The position numbers and the translations under genes were made by a program. From Bdellovibrionales bacterium (GTDB lineage: Bacteria; Bdellovibrionota; Bdellovibrionia; Bdellovibrionales; JAGQZY01), in contig JANPLN010000015.1 in NCBI GenBank assembly GCA_031426555.1, positions 1 to 64,000 of the forward strand: 64,000 nucleotides of DNA. Reading direction: 5' to 3'. The notes beneath the pieces were generated by a model. The model did not search any database and had not been told where the DNA came from. It saw only the letters and a program-made list of their open reading frames with translations. Of this stretch, positions 22,471 through 32,996 are shown one piece after another (positions within the stretch are counted from its first letter, which is position 1; each line of letters starts with the position of its first letter).

Positions 22471-23898
22471 TTATTGCGCAACACCAGGGGGTACTGCAAT
22501 GTCACCGGTGTTCGGAGGCATTTCACCAAAAGCTTCATAAGAAAGCCTAGTTAATTCCCGGCAGATTCTTGTTTTAGAAGGCTCTTGAAGAGACTTTGTA
22601 AAGAAAACACTTTTTTCTGCATCAAGGGCTTCTTGTTTCAAAAGTCGCGAAAGAGCAGAGTCTTGCGACTCAGCCTTTACCAGCTCAACCCACAAATTTA
22701 CCGGGGCCACGTCATAACCCGTCGTTGCCTGCTGTCCCCAGTTGGAAATATTGATACCTCGGGTTTCGAATAGGAATCGGAAATTAGCGAAAGATCCGTC
22801 GCCAGCGGTTATCGAATCAACAAGATATTTATTATAGGTAATGTTGTTTCCCAAAAAAGCAGTGAAGTCGATTTTGTCGATGCTTGCCTCACAGTTGCCC
22901 TCAGCATTTGTCGGTGGGCGGAAAGCGGCAGCTGTCGAGCCTCCACGATGAGAGATCTTTTGATCCAATTGAATCGATTGGGTTCTGTTTTTTTCAATTG
23001 TGAGAGTGGCATAGTTTGCAAGTTCAGGGATGGATCGCACCCCTTGTAGTGCGGGGCGGACAGTTGAAGTGCCATTGAGTTTTTTGATCACAGACTCCGG
23101 TAGGAGAATATTCATGGCTGGGTTTCGGGAATCATTCGCATCACAGATTTCGGAGGCCACAAGTGCATATTTATATTTGGGATAGTCTGCGGTAGTTCGG
23201 ATTTGTTTAGCAATCCTGCGATTGTTGAGTGAGCCGAGCGAATGCTCAAGTTGCGTAAGGCCTGCTAGGGGGCGGTCTTTGATACAAGCATATCTGGGGT
23301 CCCCCTGTAATGCAGACATCGATTGCCGACTGAATTCTGTTTTCAACGCCTGCGTATTTGGGCAGCCGTCCCTAATGGGGGCTTGATCCACAAAGCGTGG
23401 CCAAGGAAATTGGTCAAAAATAGTGCGAGGATTAGTTTCTCCTTGGATGCTGCTGCCATGACAATTCATACAAGTCTCTGGATTGCGCTGCATAGGGAAT
23501 CGTCGGCCGGGCGCCGCAAAATCAATGTCATAAAACTCCAGGCGACTAGCAGAGGCATTATTGTACATATATTCTACTGAATGGGTTTGGTTTAGATTTT
23601 GCGCTTCGGAATTCACCGACATCACAGACCGTATTGTGCCATTTGAGTTTTTCATAATTATTAAGACTCGCGGATGTTGCGGATCGGAGTTTTGAGCGGC
23701 AATACTTGAATGAGCGACGGCAATTTCTATGTTTTGGTTGCGGGCAACACAACAAATAAGTTCTGCTGGATCGTCGACCGACCTGTTAATTCTGAGAAAG
23801 CTTTGGATTATTTGTGGTGTAAAATCCCGAGGCATTTGGTTGCGCGTTGGACAGTCAGCGCCTGAGAAAGCTGTAATTAGAAAAATCGCTAAAACCAC
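22471..23898 (-). CDS. Hypothetical exported protein with a single CxxCH motif
   Basis: 475-aa ORF, short hydrophobic leader, CMNCH, several additional Cys; start uncertain. Confidence 0.7.
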   Translation of the reverse strand: MVLAIFLITAFSGADCPTRNQMPRDFTPQIIQSFLRINRSVDDPAELICCVARNQNIEIAVAHSSIAAQNSDPQHPRVLIIMKNSNGTIRSVMSVNSEAQNLNQTHSVEYMYNNASASRLEFYDIDFAAPGRRFPMQRNPETCMNCHGSSIQGETNPRTIFDQFPWPRFVDQAPIRDGCPNTQALKTEFSRQSMSALQGDPRYACIKDRPLAGLTQLEHSLGSLNNRRIAKQIRTTADYPKYKYALVASEICDANDSRNPAMNILLPESVIKKLNGTSTVRPALQGVRSIPELANYATLTIEKNRTQSIQLDQKISHRGGSTAAAFRPPTNAEGNCEASIDKIDFTAFLGNNITYNKYLVDSITAGDGSFANFRFLFETRGINISNWGQQATTGYDVAPVNLWVELVKAESQDSALSRLLKQEALDAEKSVFFTKSLQEPSKTRICRELTRLSYEAFGEMPPNTGDIAVPPGVAQ

Positions 23899-23937
23899 GT
23901 AAGCCTACTTTCCAGTCAATTCAGGCCTTCAGGATAA

Positions 23938-25149
23938 CTAGATATCCCATTTTCTTAAAGCATAAAGCGCCGAGCGGAAGCCCGACTGGACGAGATCTTT
24001 TAATATCTGTGGGTTTAAGCTAAAGTGATCGGCGAAAAACGTTTTGTAGTCTTGAGCATGCGGGTGAATATAAATGTAATCCGTGTTTGGTTTAAAGTTT
24101 GCGCGTTCGGCGATAATTTCTAAAAGCTTTTGTCGGTGTTCATCGGCAATATCCACCTGTTTCAAATATCCATCGACGGCTTTGTAAATCGTTTCGATAG
24201 ATTTTCGGGCTCGAATCGCGTTTTCAATTTTCTGCTGAACAACTTGGTACAAGGCTTGGTTTAAAATCACGGGGATTCCGTACTCATGCAGACTGCCCAT
24301 GGTTTTATTGTAATTGTACGGCTGGATGGAATAGCTGGCGATCACAAGATCCGCGCCATGGTCCACCGGAACGTGCGACGATAGGGTATCGCGAATTTCA
24401 CCGTCGAAAAAATAGATGTCCTGGCCATCCGAATTTTTAATAGGATAGGGAGAAAAAGCGGGCGGTAGGGCGGCCGAGGCGGCCACAGCATCGCTCACGC
24501 TGGCGTAATTGGCGTAAAGAATGGAGTGATCTTTCGATAACTCATCCTTCGCGCAAAAAATCACTTTTCGGCTTTGATTCAGTTGAGTGGCCACAATGTA
24601 AAGATCGACACCCAGGTCAGTAAAAGTATTGCTTTTCCAAACCTCGTTACGCATATATTTTTCCAAGCCTTTAGTCGAGAATAGACCGTTCAAGCGAAGA
24701 CCATTTTTTAAAAGAACTTCCAAACCACCGGTCACAATAGAAGTGCCGCGATTTTTAAAAAGGTTCGGAACAATTTGTAGCATCTCTTTGGCGTTGATCG
24801 AAAAAATATCTCGATAGGTCAGTGGGCTTAAATCTTCATCGAAAGGCTTTTCGGATTTTAGTCCATCAGAAAGCTCCGTGGAGCCCTGTTCAAACGCGTG
24901 AATAATAGAATTCAATGAATAGCCAGCCGCCAAAAAAGTACTGATCACAGAACCTGCGCTAGAGCCCACATAAAATTTAATGGTGAGTTCGTCACTGCCA
25001 TATTTGGCCGAAACTTCTTCTTTGGTTCCGCCAGCAAATTTAAATCCTTTTTCTTTAAGAGCGAGGCAAGCGCCGATGTGAAACGCAGCAGCTTTAATCC
25101 CACCCCCACTAAGGACGAGGGCGATCTTTTTTTTGTGAGACAGCTTCAT
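23938..25149 (-). CDS. Patatin-like phospholipase
   Basis: LVLSGGG oxyanion loop, GSSAG nucleophile, DGE; start reassigned to ATG 25149. Confidence 0.92.
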   Translation of the reverse strand: MKLSHKKKIALVLSGGGIKAAAFHIGACLALKEKGFKFAGGTKEEVSAKYGSDELTIKFYVGSSAGSVISTFLAAGYSLNSIIHAFEQGSTELSDGLKSEKPFDEDLSPLTYRDIFSINAKEMLQIVPNLFKNRGTSIVTGGLEVLLKNGLRLNGLFSTKGLEKYMRNEVWKSNTFTDLGVDLYIVATQLNQSRKVIFCAKDELSKDHSILYANYASVSDAVAASAALPPAFSPYPIKNSDGQDIYFFDGEIRDTLSSHVPVDHGADLVIASYSIQPYNYNKTMGSLHEYGIPVILNQALYQVVQQKIENAIRARKSIETIYKAVDGYLKQVDIADEHRQKLLEIIAERANFKPNTDYIYIHPHAQDYKTFFADHFSLNPQILKDLVQSGFRSALYALRKWDI

Positions 25150-25321
25150 AGGTCGAGCATAGCAGAGAAAAATCAATAAAATCAATGACTTGTTGAATGA
25201 ATAGGCACTGGTTAGCCAATGAACAGTCAGAAAAGCGAACAAAATAAGCATTTACACGAAAAGATCATGTGCTAACGTTGAGTAGTCAGTTGACAAAGGA
25301 GTCAGATATGGAGACGACACG

Positions 25322-25696
25322 ATGAGCACTTGGATATCACTGAATGACTATGCAATTAAGCACGACATCAGTGTATCGACTCTCCGTCGTCGTATTAAAT
25401 CGCACAAGATCCAGTTTAAGCTCGAAGACGGTAAGTACCTTATTCAAGAAGATGGTCAGCCACGAGTAGGCATGGAACAGTCAGAAGTCATAATGAACTA
25501 CACGCGCCCATCCGTGTCTTCCAGCGATCCGATACTGACAACCAAGCTATTGTTGGACGAATTGAAGCGTGCTTACTTGGATTCTTTGCAAAGCAAAGAG
25601 GATCAAATCCTGCAACTCAAGCAGCAAGTTTCTGATTTAAAAACTTTGGTTATGATTTTGGAAAAAGAAAATAGTCGCATTCACGGAGGAGAATAA
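25322..25696 (+). CDS. Putative DNA-binding protein (excisionase/MerR-like wHTH + coiled coil)
   Basis: WISL..YA....IS.STLRRRIK...I.F....GKYLI N-terminus; leucine-heptad C-terminus; GGAG SD. Confidence 0.75.
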   Translation: MSTWISLNDYAIKHDISVSTLRRRIKSHKIQFKLEDGKYLIQEDGQPRVGMEQSEVIMNYTRPSVSSSDPILTTKLLLDELKRAYLDSLQSKEDQILQLKQQVSDLKTLVMILEKENSRIHGGE

Positions 25697-25771
25697 CGGT
25701 GAAAAAACAAGAGAGATCCATCGCCCGTCCCAAATAGAGGGAATCTCTTATTTAAGCGTCATCGTTCTCCG

Positions 25772-25804
25772 ATAAAGGCCACCAGGAAGTGGCCTTTATT
25801 TTTT
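25772..25804 (+). terminator. Intrinsic terminator between convergent genes (possibly bidirectional)
   Basis: ATAAAGGCCAC-caggaa-GTGGCCTTTAT stem followed by T-run. Confidence 0.8.
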
Positions 25805-25850
25805 GTGGAAGGGTAGAAGGGTTGTCTAAGACAACCCGACATTGAACAGA

Positions 25851-28241
25851 CTACGCCGCTACTTCTTTGTGCTTTTTCTTGCGCGAAGTAGTGGACTTCT
25901 TATTTTCTTGGTTCAAAGCAATGTGCAGCACTTCATCAAGATGCTCCACAAAGATAAAACTCATCTTACTGCGAATTTCATCGGGTATATCTGAAATATC
26001 CTTTTGGTTCGCCATGGGTAGAATCACAGTCTTCACGCCGTGATTGTAGGCCGCAAGACACTTCTCTTTCACCCCACCAATTGGTAAAACACGACCAGTC
26101 AAAGTCACTTCCCCGGTCATCGCCACATCTTTGCGAGTCGGGATCTGTGTAATCAGACCAATAATGGCCGTGGCCATTGTGATACCAGCAGAAGGACCGT
26201 CTTTTGGAACAGCACCAGCAGGTAAGTGGATGTGGATATTATTAGTATCAAACCAATTGTCTTCAATTCCCAGTTGTTCAGCATGAGCCCGTGCGTAGGA
26301 AAGAGCTGCCGTGGCAGATTCTTTCATCACATCGCCCATTTGACCGGTAAGTGTCAGTCCGCCTTTGCCCTTCATTCCAAGAGCTTCAACATACAGAACT
26401 TGTCCACCGGCTTGTGTCCAGGCGAGCCCGGTGCACACACCAACAGTGTCCTCTTCGAGACGGTCCTCTTTTAAGTAACGAGGAGCACCAAGGTAATCAA
26501 TGACTTTTTCTTTCGTGATCGTAACGGATTTTAAATCACCCATAACAATCATTTTAGCAACTTTACGGCAAATCGAACCCACTTCTCTTTCGAGATTACG
26601 TAAGCCCGCTTCGCGAGTGTAGTGCGCGATCAAGTAAGCAAGAGCCTCGTTGGTAAAGCGACACTGTTCTTCGGTGATACCGTTGTTTTCTAACTGCTTG
26701 CTCACAACGTGATCGGTTGTAATAGAAAGTTTTTCGTTTTCTGTGTAACCAGAAAGATGAATCACTTCCATACGATCGCGAAGCGCGGCAGGAATATTTT
26801 CAAGAACGTTGGCTGTGGCTATAAACAACACATTGCTTAAATCAAAATCCACATTGAGATAGTTATCGCGGAATGTAGCGTTTTGCTCAGGATCTAACAC
26901 CTCAAGCATCGCTGCACTTGGATCACCTCGAAAATCGCTTCCAAGCTTGTCAATTTCGTCGAGAACAAACACCGGGTTGCGAGTTCCGCACTGTTTCAGC
27001 GCTTGGATCACTTTTCCAGGCATTGCACCTACGTAAGTTCGTCTGTGGCCACGAATCTCGGCTTCGTCTTTAACGCCACCTAAAGAAATTCTTTGGTATT
27101 TCCGGCCCATAGCTTTCGCAATGCTCTTCCCTAGAGAGGTTTTACCTACCCCGGGAGGGCCTGCGAAACAAAGGATGGGCCCTTTGACTGTCTGTTTTAG
27201 TTTTCTGACAGCTAAAAATTCCATAATGCGGTCTTTGGCTTTTTCGAGGCCAAAGTGATCAGTTTCTAAAATCTCTTTGGCCGATTTTAGATCGATCGAA
27301 TCCTCAGAGGATTTATTCCACGGGAGATCCGTCATCCAATCCAAATACGTTCGAAGCATCGACGCTTCACTGGCGTCTGGGTGCATGCGCTCAAGTCGGC
27401 CAAGTTGTTTAAGTGCTTCTTTTTCGGTTTCTGGCGGCATTTGCGCCGCGAGGAGCTTTTTTCGCACCTCTTCGAGGTCGTCACCTTTACTGTCCTGTTC
27501 GCCAAGTTCGCTCTTTATAGCTTTCATTTGCTCGCGCAAAAAATATTCTCTTTGCGACTTAGACATTTCGTCTTTAGCTGTGGAACGGACTTTCGATTGA
27601 ACTTGCAGTGTTTCCAGTTCAGAAACGAGTAAATTTACAACCTGTTTTAATCTATCTACATGATCTGTTGTTTCAAGAATACCTTGTGCATCCGAAACTT
27701 TCAGTCCTAAGTTGCTGGCAATGAGGTCGGCGATACGTCCTGGCTCTTGGATGTCGTCGAGAACCAAAAGAATATCAGGCGAAAGCATTTTGCCAAGAGC
27801 AATAATTTTTTCGAGATGTTCTTTTGCATTTTTAATCAGCTCTTCAACTTGTGGTTGGAGAGTTTCTGAAGGGGTAAAAGTGTCGTCGATTTTTTCAACA
27901 GCCACTTTAAAGAACGGCTCGTTTTGAGTGTACGAAGTCACTCGTGCTTTACTGATCCCTTGAATTAGAATCTTAACTCGGCCATCAGCAAGTTTGCGCA
28001 TGCGCATGATCATTGCGACGGTCCCAGTTTTGTAGATGGTTTCTGGGTTTGGAGTTTCTTCGTTAAACTCTTTTTGTGAGGCCAAGAAGATCAGGCGATT
28101 TTTACTCAGGCTCTCTTCGACAGCCTGGATAGAAGCTTCACGTCCGACAAACAAGGGAATGATCATATATGGAAAAATCACTATGTCTCGAACAGGGAGC
28201 ATCGGCAGCATTTCAGGGATATTCAAATTATTTTGATCCAT
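25851..28241 (-). CDS. lon: Lon protease (endopeptidase La)
   Basis: LON N-domain, GPPGVGKTS, DEIDK, PKDGPSAG catalytic Ser; GGAGG SD. Confidence 0.99.
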   Translation of the reverse strand: MDQNNLNIPEMLPMLPVRDIVIFPYMIIPLFVGREASIQAVEESLSKNRLIFLASQKEFNEETPNPETIYKTGTVAMIMRMRKLADGRVKILIQGISKARVTSYTQNEPFFKVAVEKIDDTFTPSETLQPQVEELIKNAKEHLEKIIALGKMLSPDILLVLDDIQEPGRIADLIASNLGLKVSDAQGILETTDHVDRLKQVVNLLVSELETLQVQSKVRSTAKDEMSKSQREYFLREQMKAIKSELGEQDSKGDDLEEVRKKLLAAQMPPETEKEALKQLGRLERMHPDASEASMLRTYLDWMTDLPWNKSSEDSIDLKSAKEILETDHFGLEKAKDRIMEFLAVRKLKQTVKGPILCFAGPPGVGKTSLGKSIAKAMGRKYQRISLGGVKDEAEIRGHRRTYVGAMPGKVIQALKQCGTRNPVFVLDEIDKLGSDFRGDPSAAMLEVLDPEQNATFRDNYLNVDFDLSNVLFIATANVLENIPAALRDRMEVIHLSGYTENEKLSITTDHVVSKQLENNGITEEQCRFTNEALAYLIAHYTREAGLRNLEREVGSICRKVAKMIVMGDLKSVTITKEKVIDYLGAPRYLKEDRLEEDTVGVCTGLAWTQAGGQVLYVEALGMKGKGGLTLTGQMGDVMKESATAALSYARAHAEQLGIEDNWFDTNNIHIHLPAGAVPKDGPSAGITMATAIIGLITQIPTRKDVAMTGEVTLTGRVLPIGGVKEKCLAAYNHGVKTVILPMANQKDISDIPDEIRSKMSFIFVEHLDEVLHIALNQENKKSTTSRKKKHKEVAA

Positions 28242-28453
28242 TCATTCCTCCGAATCTTCAGGCATCAGCAGCCACAAGATTCTTGTTGTGTCTTTGATAA
28301 CTCTTCGGAAAAACAAAATGCTGTCTTTACAAAAAAAGAGGCAGTAAAGGTCTGGATTTAGCGGAAAAAACCGAAGTGTCAAAAACTCAACTGGAGCAGT
28401 AGCCAGTAAAATCGCATGGAATCAGAAGAAGTTACAGAAAGCGACTAAAATTT

Positions 28454-30409
28454 TTACTCAGCACGAACAAATTGGCTTTTTTTGACGGCCATTAAAACAA
28501 GCTGTCTTTGCACTTCACGATCCGACGACATCTTCAGTGGAGATAGAGCACCAGCCACTTGATTTGCCGAAGAAAGTAAACGTAAAAAATCCACGCGATT
28601 TCGCGGACTGTCTTTTAACACAGCAAGGGCGAGGCGGCCGGAATCAAAACCCTGTAAAGCAAAACTTCCAGGTCGATCCTTGTAAGCTTGACGGAAGGAT
28701 TGATAAAAATCGGAGTTTAAATAGTCCGGTGAATTGGGAAGGTGAGTGTCCACAAGAACGGAATGTTCCACAAAATTTTGTGCCCTTTGAATAAAATCTG
28801 GCGAACTCCAAAGATTTGTCCCTAACAGTTGTATGCTGTTTACATCATTAAAAGAAAGCATAGGTGCGATTTGCCCAAGTGCCTTTGGACCATCAGGAAT
28901 GAATAAAGATTCAAAATTTACAATGGGAGGAAGCAATGTTTCTGGGGGTTGTTTTCGCTTGTTGGTATTCTTCTTTTTCCAGTCGCGCAACAGATCCTGG
29001 TACTCTTGGTGGCGATCTTCAAGGTAGTACGTTCCCACCATTTTTTTAACATGCGCCTTAAAATCAGTTTCGCCGGGGGCGTAAGTTTGGGCTGACGTAA
29101 TTTTACCGCCTCGCGAAGTCACCACATCCCAAAAGATATTGGCGTACTCCACACCGTAACGATCATTGGGATAAATGATCGCAAACCGTCGATGTTTGAG
29201 TTTGCTCATGGCGTAGTCCACAAGGGCGTCGACTTGCAGTCGAGGCGTCAAAGAGGTGGAATAAATAAAGGGGCCAATTTTTGTGAGATCCGATTTTTGC
29301 GACATTGCTAAAAATGGAACTCCTAACTCTTGGGCCTTGGTGGCTTCGGCAACCACCGTTTTTGCAGAGAGCCCGCCCACAATCGCAATAACGTGGTCTG
29401 TAAAAACAAGCTTCTCCACAGCCTTCGACGAGTCTTCAGGGGTGGAAAGAGAATCCTGAACAACTAGGCGAATATTAAATTTACTTTGTGATCCAGAAAT
29501 ACCAAGTGCTAATTGTAGGCCGCGAAGAGTTTGTTCGCCGATTTGAGCATAGGGTCCCGACATTGGTAAAATCGCACCAATGGTTTTAGTTTCTACAAAG
29601 GCTCTAGCGTCCAGTTGCTTCAACATGCTTTCCGACTGCTGTGCGAGGTACGAATTGGGCGCCACACTGATTACGCGGGAAAAATAAGTTTTAGCGGTGT
29701 CGAGTCTGTTTTCCGAGACCATCGTCAAGCCGTACTTAAACATCGCCTCAGCGCGAAAGTCGCCAAGCTCAGAGTCTTCCGAAAGTTCCTTAAGCTCGGT
29801 GGACTTGAGGCGAGAATCAATAAAGTTTTTTGCGAGGTCGCGGTATTTTTCTCGAGAGTTTGTATTGGGATGGTTTTGCGCTAAAAAAGCAAGAGCTTCG
29901 AAAGTTTCCAGCTGAGAATCGCGCTTTAACAGCAGCGGAAGCTGGGCCTCGAGGAGATAAGCTTTCTCTTTGCTTGTTAGGGAGGGTTGACCCAACGAAC
30001 TGCGAATTAGTTTTTCAGCCGCGTCCTGTTGATCCTGCGCAAGAAGGCACTGCACAGCAAAGATTCGTGCTTCATTTTCGCGCGGACTTCGAAAAGTGGA
30101 GTTAAAAACCTGATCAAAATATTTGTAAGCCGAAGCATATTGTCTTTTGCGAAAATCAATTCGTCCCAACAGCAACAGAGCATCGTCCGTTAGATCATGT
30201 GGCGAATCCTTTTTTAGCATTTGCTTCAGCAGATTCGTTGCCTGCTCATCTTGACCATGATCGAAGTACTGAAGCGCCTCTTGATAGGTTTTTTGTGCGC
30301 TGGCAGACGACGGCTGCGACGCTGTTTTGCTTTCTTCAACGTAGGTTGTAGTTTGGCACCCAATGAGAGTTAAAAAAAGCACAGGAAGTAGCACAAAAGC
30401 ACGTATCAT
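28454..30409 (-). CDS. TPR + LppC/periplasmic-binding-fold lipoprotein (LpoA-like PBP activator)
   Basis: Lipobox LIGC, TPR-like helices, IGAILPMSG and IIYPNDRYG motifs of LppC/LivJ fold. Confidence 0.8.
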   Translation of the reverse strand: MIRAFVLLPVLFLTLIGCQTTTYVEESKTASQPSSASAQKTYQEALQYFDHGQDEQATNLLKQMLKKDSPHDLTDDALLLLGRIDFRKRQYASAYKYFDQVFNSTFRSPRENEARIFAVQCLLAQDQQDAAEKLIRSSLGQPSLTSKEKAYLLEAQLPLLLKRDSQLETFEALAFLAQNHPNTNSREKYRDLAKNFIDSRLKSTELKELSEDSELGDFRAEAMFKYGLTMVSENRLDTAKTYFSRVISVAPNSYLAQQSESMLKQLDARAFVETKTIGAILPMSGPYAQIGEQTLRGLQLALGISGSQSKFNIRLVVQDSLSTPEDSSKAVEKLVFTDHVIAIVGGLSAKTVVAEATKAQELGVPFLAMSQKSDLTKIGPFIYSTSLTPRLQVDALVDYAMSKLKHRRFAIIYPNDRYGVEYANIFWDVVTSRGGKITSAQTYAPGETDFKAHVKKMVGTYYLEDRHQEYQDLLRDWKKKNTNKRKQPPETLLPPIVNFESLFIPDGPKALGQIAPMLSFNDVNSIQLLGTNLWSSPDFIQRAQNFVEHSVLVDTHLPNSPDYLNSDFYQSFRQAYKDRPGSFALQGFDSGRLALAVLKDSPRNRVDFLRLLSSANQVAGALSPLKMSSDREVQRQLVLMAVKKSQFVRAE

Positions 30410-31242
30410 TTTTTCTCCGAGTGTCGCTTTATCTGGCGAAGTTTTTCTTTTTGATTTTCATCCAAACTTTGAGGGACATCAACTGTAAAACGCACGTATT
30501 GATCACCGTAGGTGTTGGCATTTTCGGCAGTTTGGAATCCCTTTTGCGGGATTTGCAGGCTTAAAGCCCCAAATTCATCAAAACGAGGTGGCACAACGCG
30601 GACCGCGCCATGGAGCGTGGGCACTTCAATGGGATCTCCCAGAAGAAGATCAAAAAGCGATAAAGAGGTCCGCAGAAAAACATCATTTTCATCCAGCGAA
30701 TATTTCCCGTGGGGGAGAATATGGATATGAACCACTAGATCGCCCGGGGCCTGTTGGGCTGTTTGCGATTCTCCCGCACCGCGAATTCGTAGCTTTTTTT
30801 CCTGTCGAATTCCGTGAGGAATCGAAACTCCAACTTGCGATGTGGTCCTTTTGCCGTGCGCAACGCGCACATACGAAATGGTCTTGTCACAACCGGAAAA
30901 GGCCTCTTCGAGGGTTAAATTAAGATGATAAATTAAATTTCTGCCAACCGAGGTCGCTCTTTTCGCTGCGGACGTGGTTGCGGCAGCTGGCGCCGGCCGA
31001 GGCGTGGGTTTTTTAACCGCCTTTGGCGGAAAATGAACCCGATCATAATCGCGTTTTTTAAAGGGGTCGGATAAAACCGAATAAGCCGACGTGACCTCTT
31101 TGAATTTATTTTCTGAAACCGGATCGTTCTGATTTTTATCGGGGTGAAGTTTGAGAGCTAATTTCCGAAACGCTTTTTTAATTTCGTCGGCGGAGGCTTC
31201 GTGGGACAGGCCTAAGATTTCGTAATAATTTTTAGGCGACAT
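30406..31242 (-). CDS. DnaJ-class co-chaperone (J domain + C-terminal domains, no Zn finger)
   Basis: YYEILG, HPD motif, GDL.V, VPTLHG; no CxxCxGxG repeats. Confidence 0.9.
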   Translation of the reverse strand: MSPKNYYEILGLSHEASADEIKKAFRKLALKLHPDKNQNDPVSENKFKEVTSAYSVLSDPFKKRDYDRVHFPPKAVKKPTPRPAPAAATTSAAKRATSVGRNLIYHLNLTLEEAFSGCDKTISYVRVAHGKRTTSQVGVSIPHGIRQEKKLRIRGAGESQTAQQAPGDLVVHIHILPHGKYSLDENDVFLRTSLSLFDLLLGDPIEVPTLHGAVRVVPPRFDEFGALSLQIPQKGFQTAENANTYGDQYVRFTVDVPQSLDENQKEKLRQIKRHSEKK

Positions 31243-31247
31243 TGAGT

Positions 31248-31784
31248 TTACTCTTTTTCTTTAGCCACAACCACCTGAGCAGGGCGTATCATTTTATCGT
31301 GAAATTTGTACGCCTTTTTAAACACTCGAGAGATATGTCCAGGAGGGACAGTGCTTGTCACCTCAGAGCTCAAAGCCTCATGCAAATTAGGATCAAACAT
31401 AACGCCTTGGCTGGGAAGTTCGATGATTTGATGTCTGGCGAGAGTGGAACGAAGCTGTTGTGCTGTCAGCTCGATCCCCGAAACAAAATTTTTAAAATTG
31501 GCCTCAGTCACTTCTGCGGCAAGAGCGGAGTCGAAAATATCTAAAGTGTCGAGTAAATCCTTTGCAAGGCGCTCGCCAGCAAAACGAATCAAATCAGAGC
31601 GTTCTTTGGTCGCTTGTCGTCGATAGTTGTCAAATTCGGCGCGCAGGTAGAGGTATTCGTTTTTTGCTTTGGTCAAATCTTCACGCAACGCATCTTCCGA
31701 CAAAGCTTCCGTTTTTTCAGAGTCTTCGCTGAAGTCCATGTTCACATCAGTTTTTTCGTCGTTTTGTTCGGTCTCGTCGCTCAT
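31248..31784 (-). CDS. grpE: Nucleotide exchange factor GrpE
   Basis: [24 protein letters not shown]. Confidence 0.97.
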   Translation of the reverse strand: MSDETEQNDEKTDVNMDFSEDSEKTEALSEDALREDLTKAKNEYLYLRAEFDNYRRQATKERSDLIRFAGERLAKDLLDTLDIFDSALAAEVTEANFKNFVSGIELTAQQLRSTLARHQIIELPSQGVMFDPNLHEALSSEVTSTVPPGHISRVFKKAYKFHDKMIRPAQVVVAKEKE

Positions 31785-31805
31785 GGGATTCCTTTGTTTG
31801 CCTAC

Positions 31806-31833
31806 ATTATGAGGTCCAATACGGTGTTGTCAA
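31806..31833 (-). promoter_or_regulatory. Putative grpE promoter
   Basis: TTGACA-N16-CATAAT on minus strand, 21 bp upstream of grpE ATG. Confidence 0.6.
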
Positions 31834-32978
31834 CGTAGACACGAAAACACGTAGTTGCTCATGTGGCGGCCCTTTTCAGTCAAAACCCACCGACCGGTTT
31901 CCCGACGATTTAGCAAAGCATTTTTTTGCAGTGTTGCAAGCTCGTTCAACACAGGTTGAGCTGCCTTTTGCGAGAATTTTTTCAAAAGCTTTTCTTCGCT
32001 GAGCCCGTCTTCGAGACGCAAAGACGTATGACAATAATCAAACAGAGAATCTTTTTCGTCCGGTGATTCTATGCAGCCCAGACCTTCCAGAGTTTGTAAA
32101 TAATCTCCAGAGAGCTTGAGTATTGTCTTTTGGTATTGCTCGATGCTTGAAGGATTCCAAAAACGAACACCCCAGGGTGATTTTTGTTTGAGGTAGGAAT
32201 GGGCGCTCAAGCCGATCCCCAAATAATCCTCGTCTTGCCAATAAAGAAGATTGTGTTTCGACTCAAAGCCTTTTTTGGCAAAGTTCGAAATTTCGTAGCG
32301 AAGAATTCCCTCGTTCAGCAGGCGATCTTCGATCAACTGAAACATTTCCACTTGCCGCTCGTCGGAGGCGCGTTGAAACGACATGGGATGTCCTTCCGGA
32401 ACAGTCAAGCAGTAGGCACTGAGATGGGGAGGTGAGTAAGATCGAATAATTTCCAGATCGTCTTCAAGCATGGCCAATGTTTGCTTGGGCAATGCAAAAA
32501 GCAGATCAAAACTGTAATTAATTCCGCGCCCCGCTAACAAGTCTAAGGTCTGGCGAGTGTCGGAGCTGCTGTGTTTGCGCCCAGCGTCTCGCAAAAGTTC
32601 GTCATTAAACGTTTGTGCACCCACTGAAAAGCGATTTACGCCACCCTCGATAAGGCGAGCTATTTTATTGCGCTCCAGGGTTGCCGGGTTGATCTCCAAA
32701 GTAATTTCAGTTTCTTGAGAAATTTCTAAGCCACACTTTGCAATCTCGTCGAGCAAGGATAGAATAAGAGAAGTCTCCAGAAGGCTCGGTGTTCCACCGC
32801 CAAAATAAATAGAGCGTAACTTTTTGGAAGGGAACAATCGGGTTTTTGCTAAGAGCTCTTTTTTGAGCAGCAAAACATAATCTTCTGGGGGTAAAATTTG
32901 ATCGTGAACATAAGTAGCGAAGTCGCAATAGCTACAGCGCTGCAAGCAATACGGAATGTGAAGATACAACCCAAACAT
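31830..32978 (-). CDS. hemW: Radical SAM heme chaperone HemW (HemN-like)
   Basis: LYLHIPYC...CSYCDF, YFGGGTPS, YEISNFA, HNLLYW; start reassigned to ATG 32978. Confidence 0.93.
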   Translation of the reverse strand: MFGLYLHIPYCLQRCSYCDFATYVHDQILPPEDYVLLLKKELLAKTRLFPSKKLRSIYFGGGTPSLLETSLILSLLDEIAKCGLEISQETEITLEINPATLERNKIARLIEGGVNRFSVGAQTFNDELLRDAGRKHSSSDTRQTLDLLAGRGINYSFDLLFALPKQTLAMLEDDLEIIRSYSPPHLSAYCLTVPEGHPMSFQRASDERQVEMFQLIEDRLLNEGILRYEISNFAKKGFESKHNLLYWQDEDYLGIGLSAHSYLKQKSPWGVRFWNPSSIEQYQKTILKLSGDYLQTLEGLGCIESPDEKDSLFDYCHTSLRLEDGLSEEKLLKKFSQKAAQPVLNELATLQKNALLNRRETGRWVLTEKGRHMSNYVFSCLR

Positions 32979-32996
32979 AGAACGGGGAATATACCA

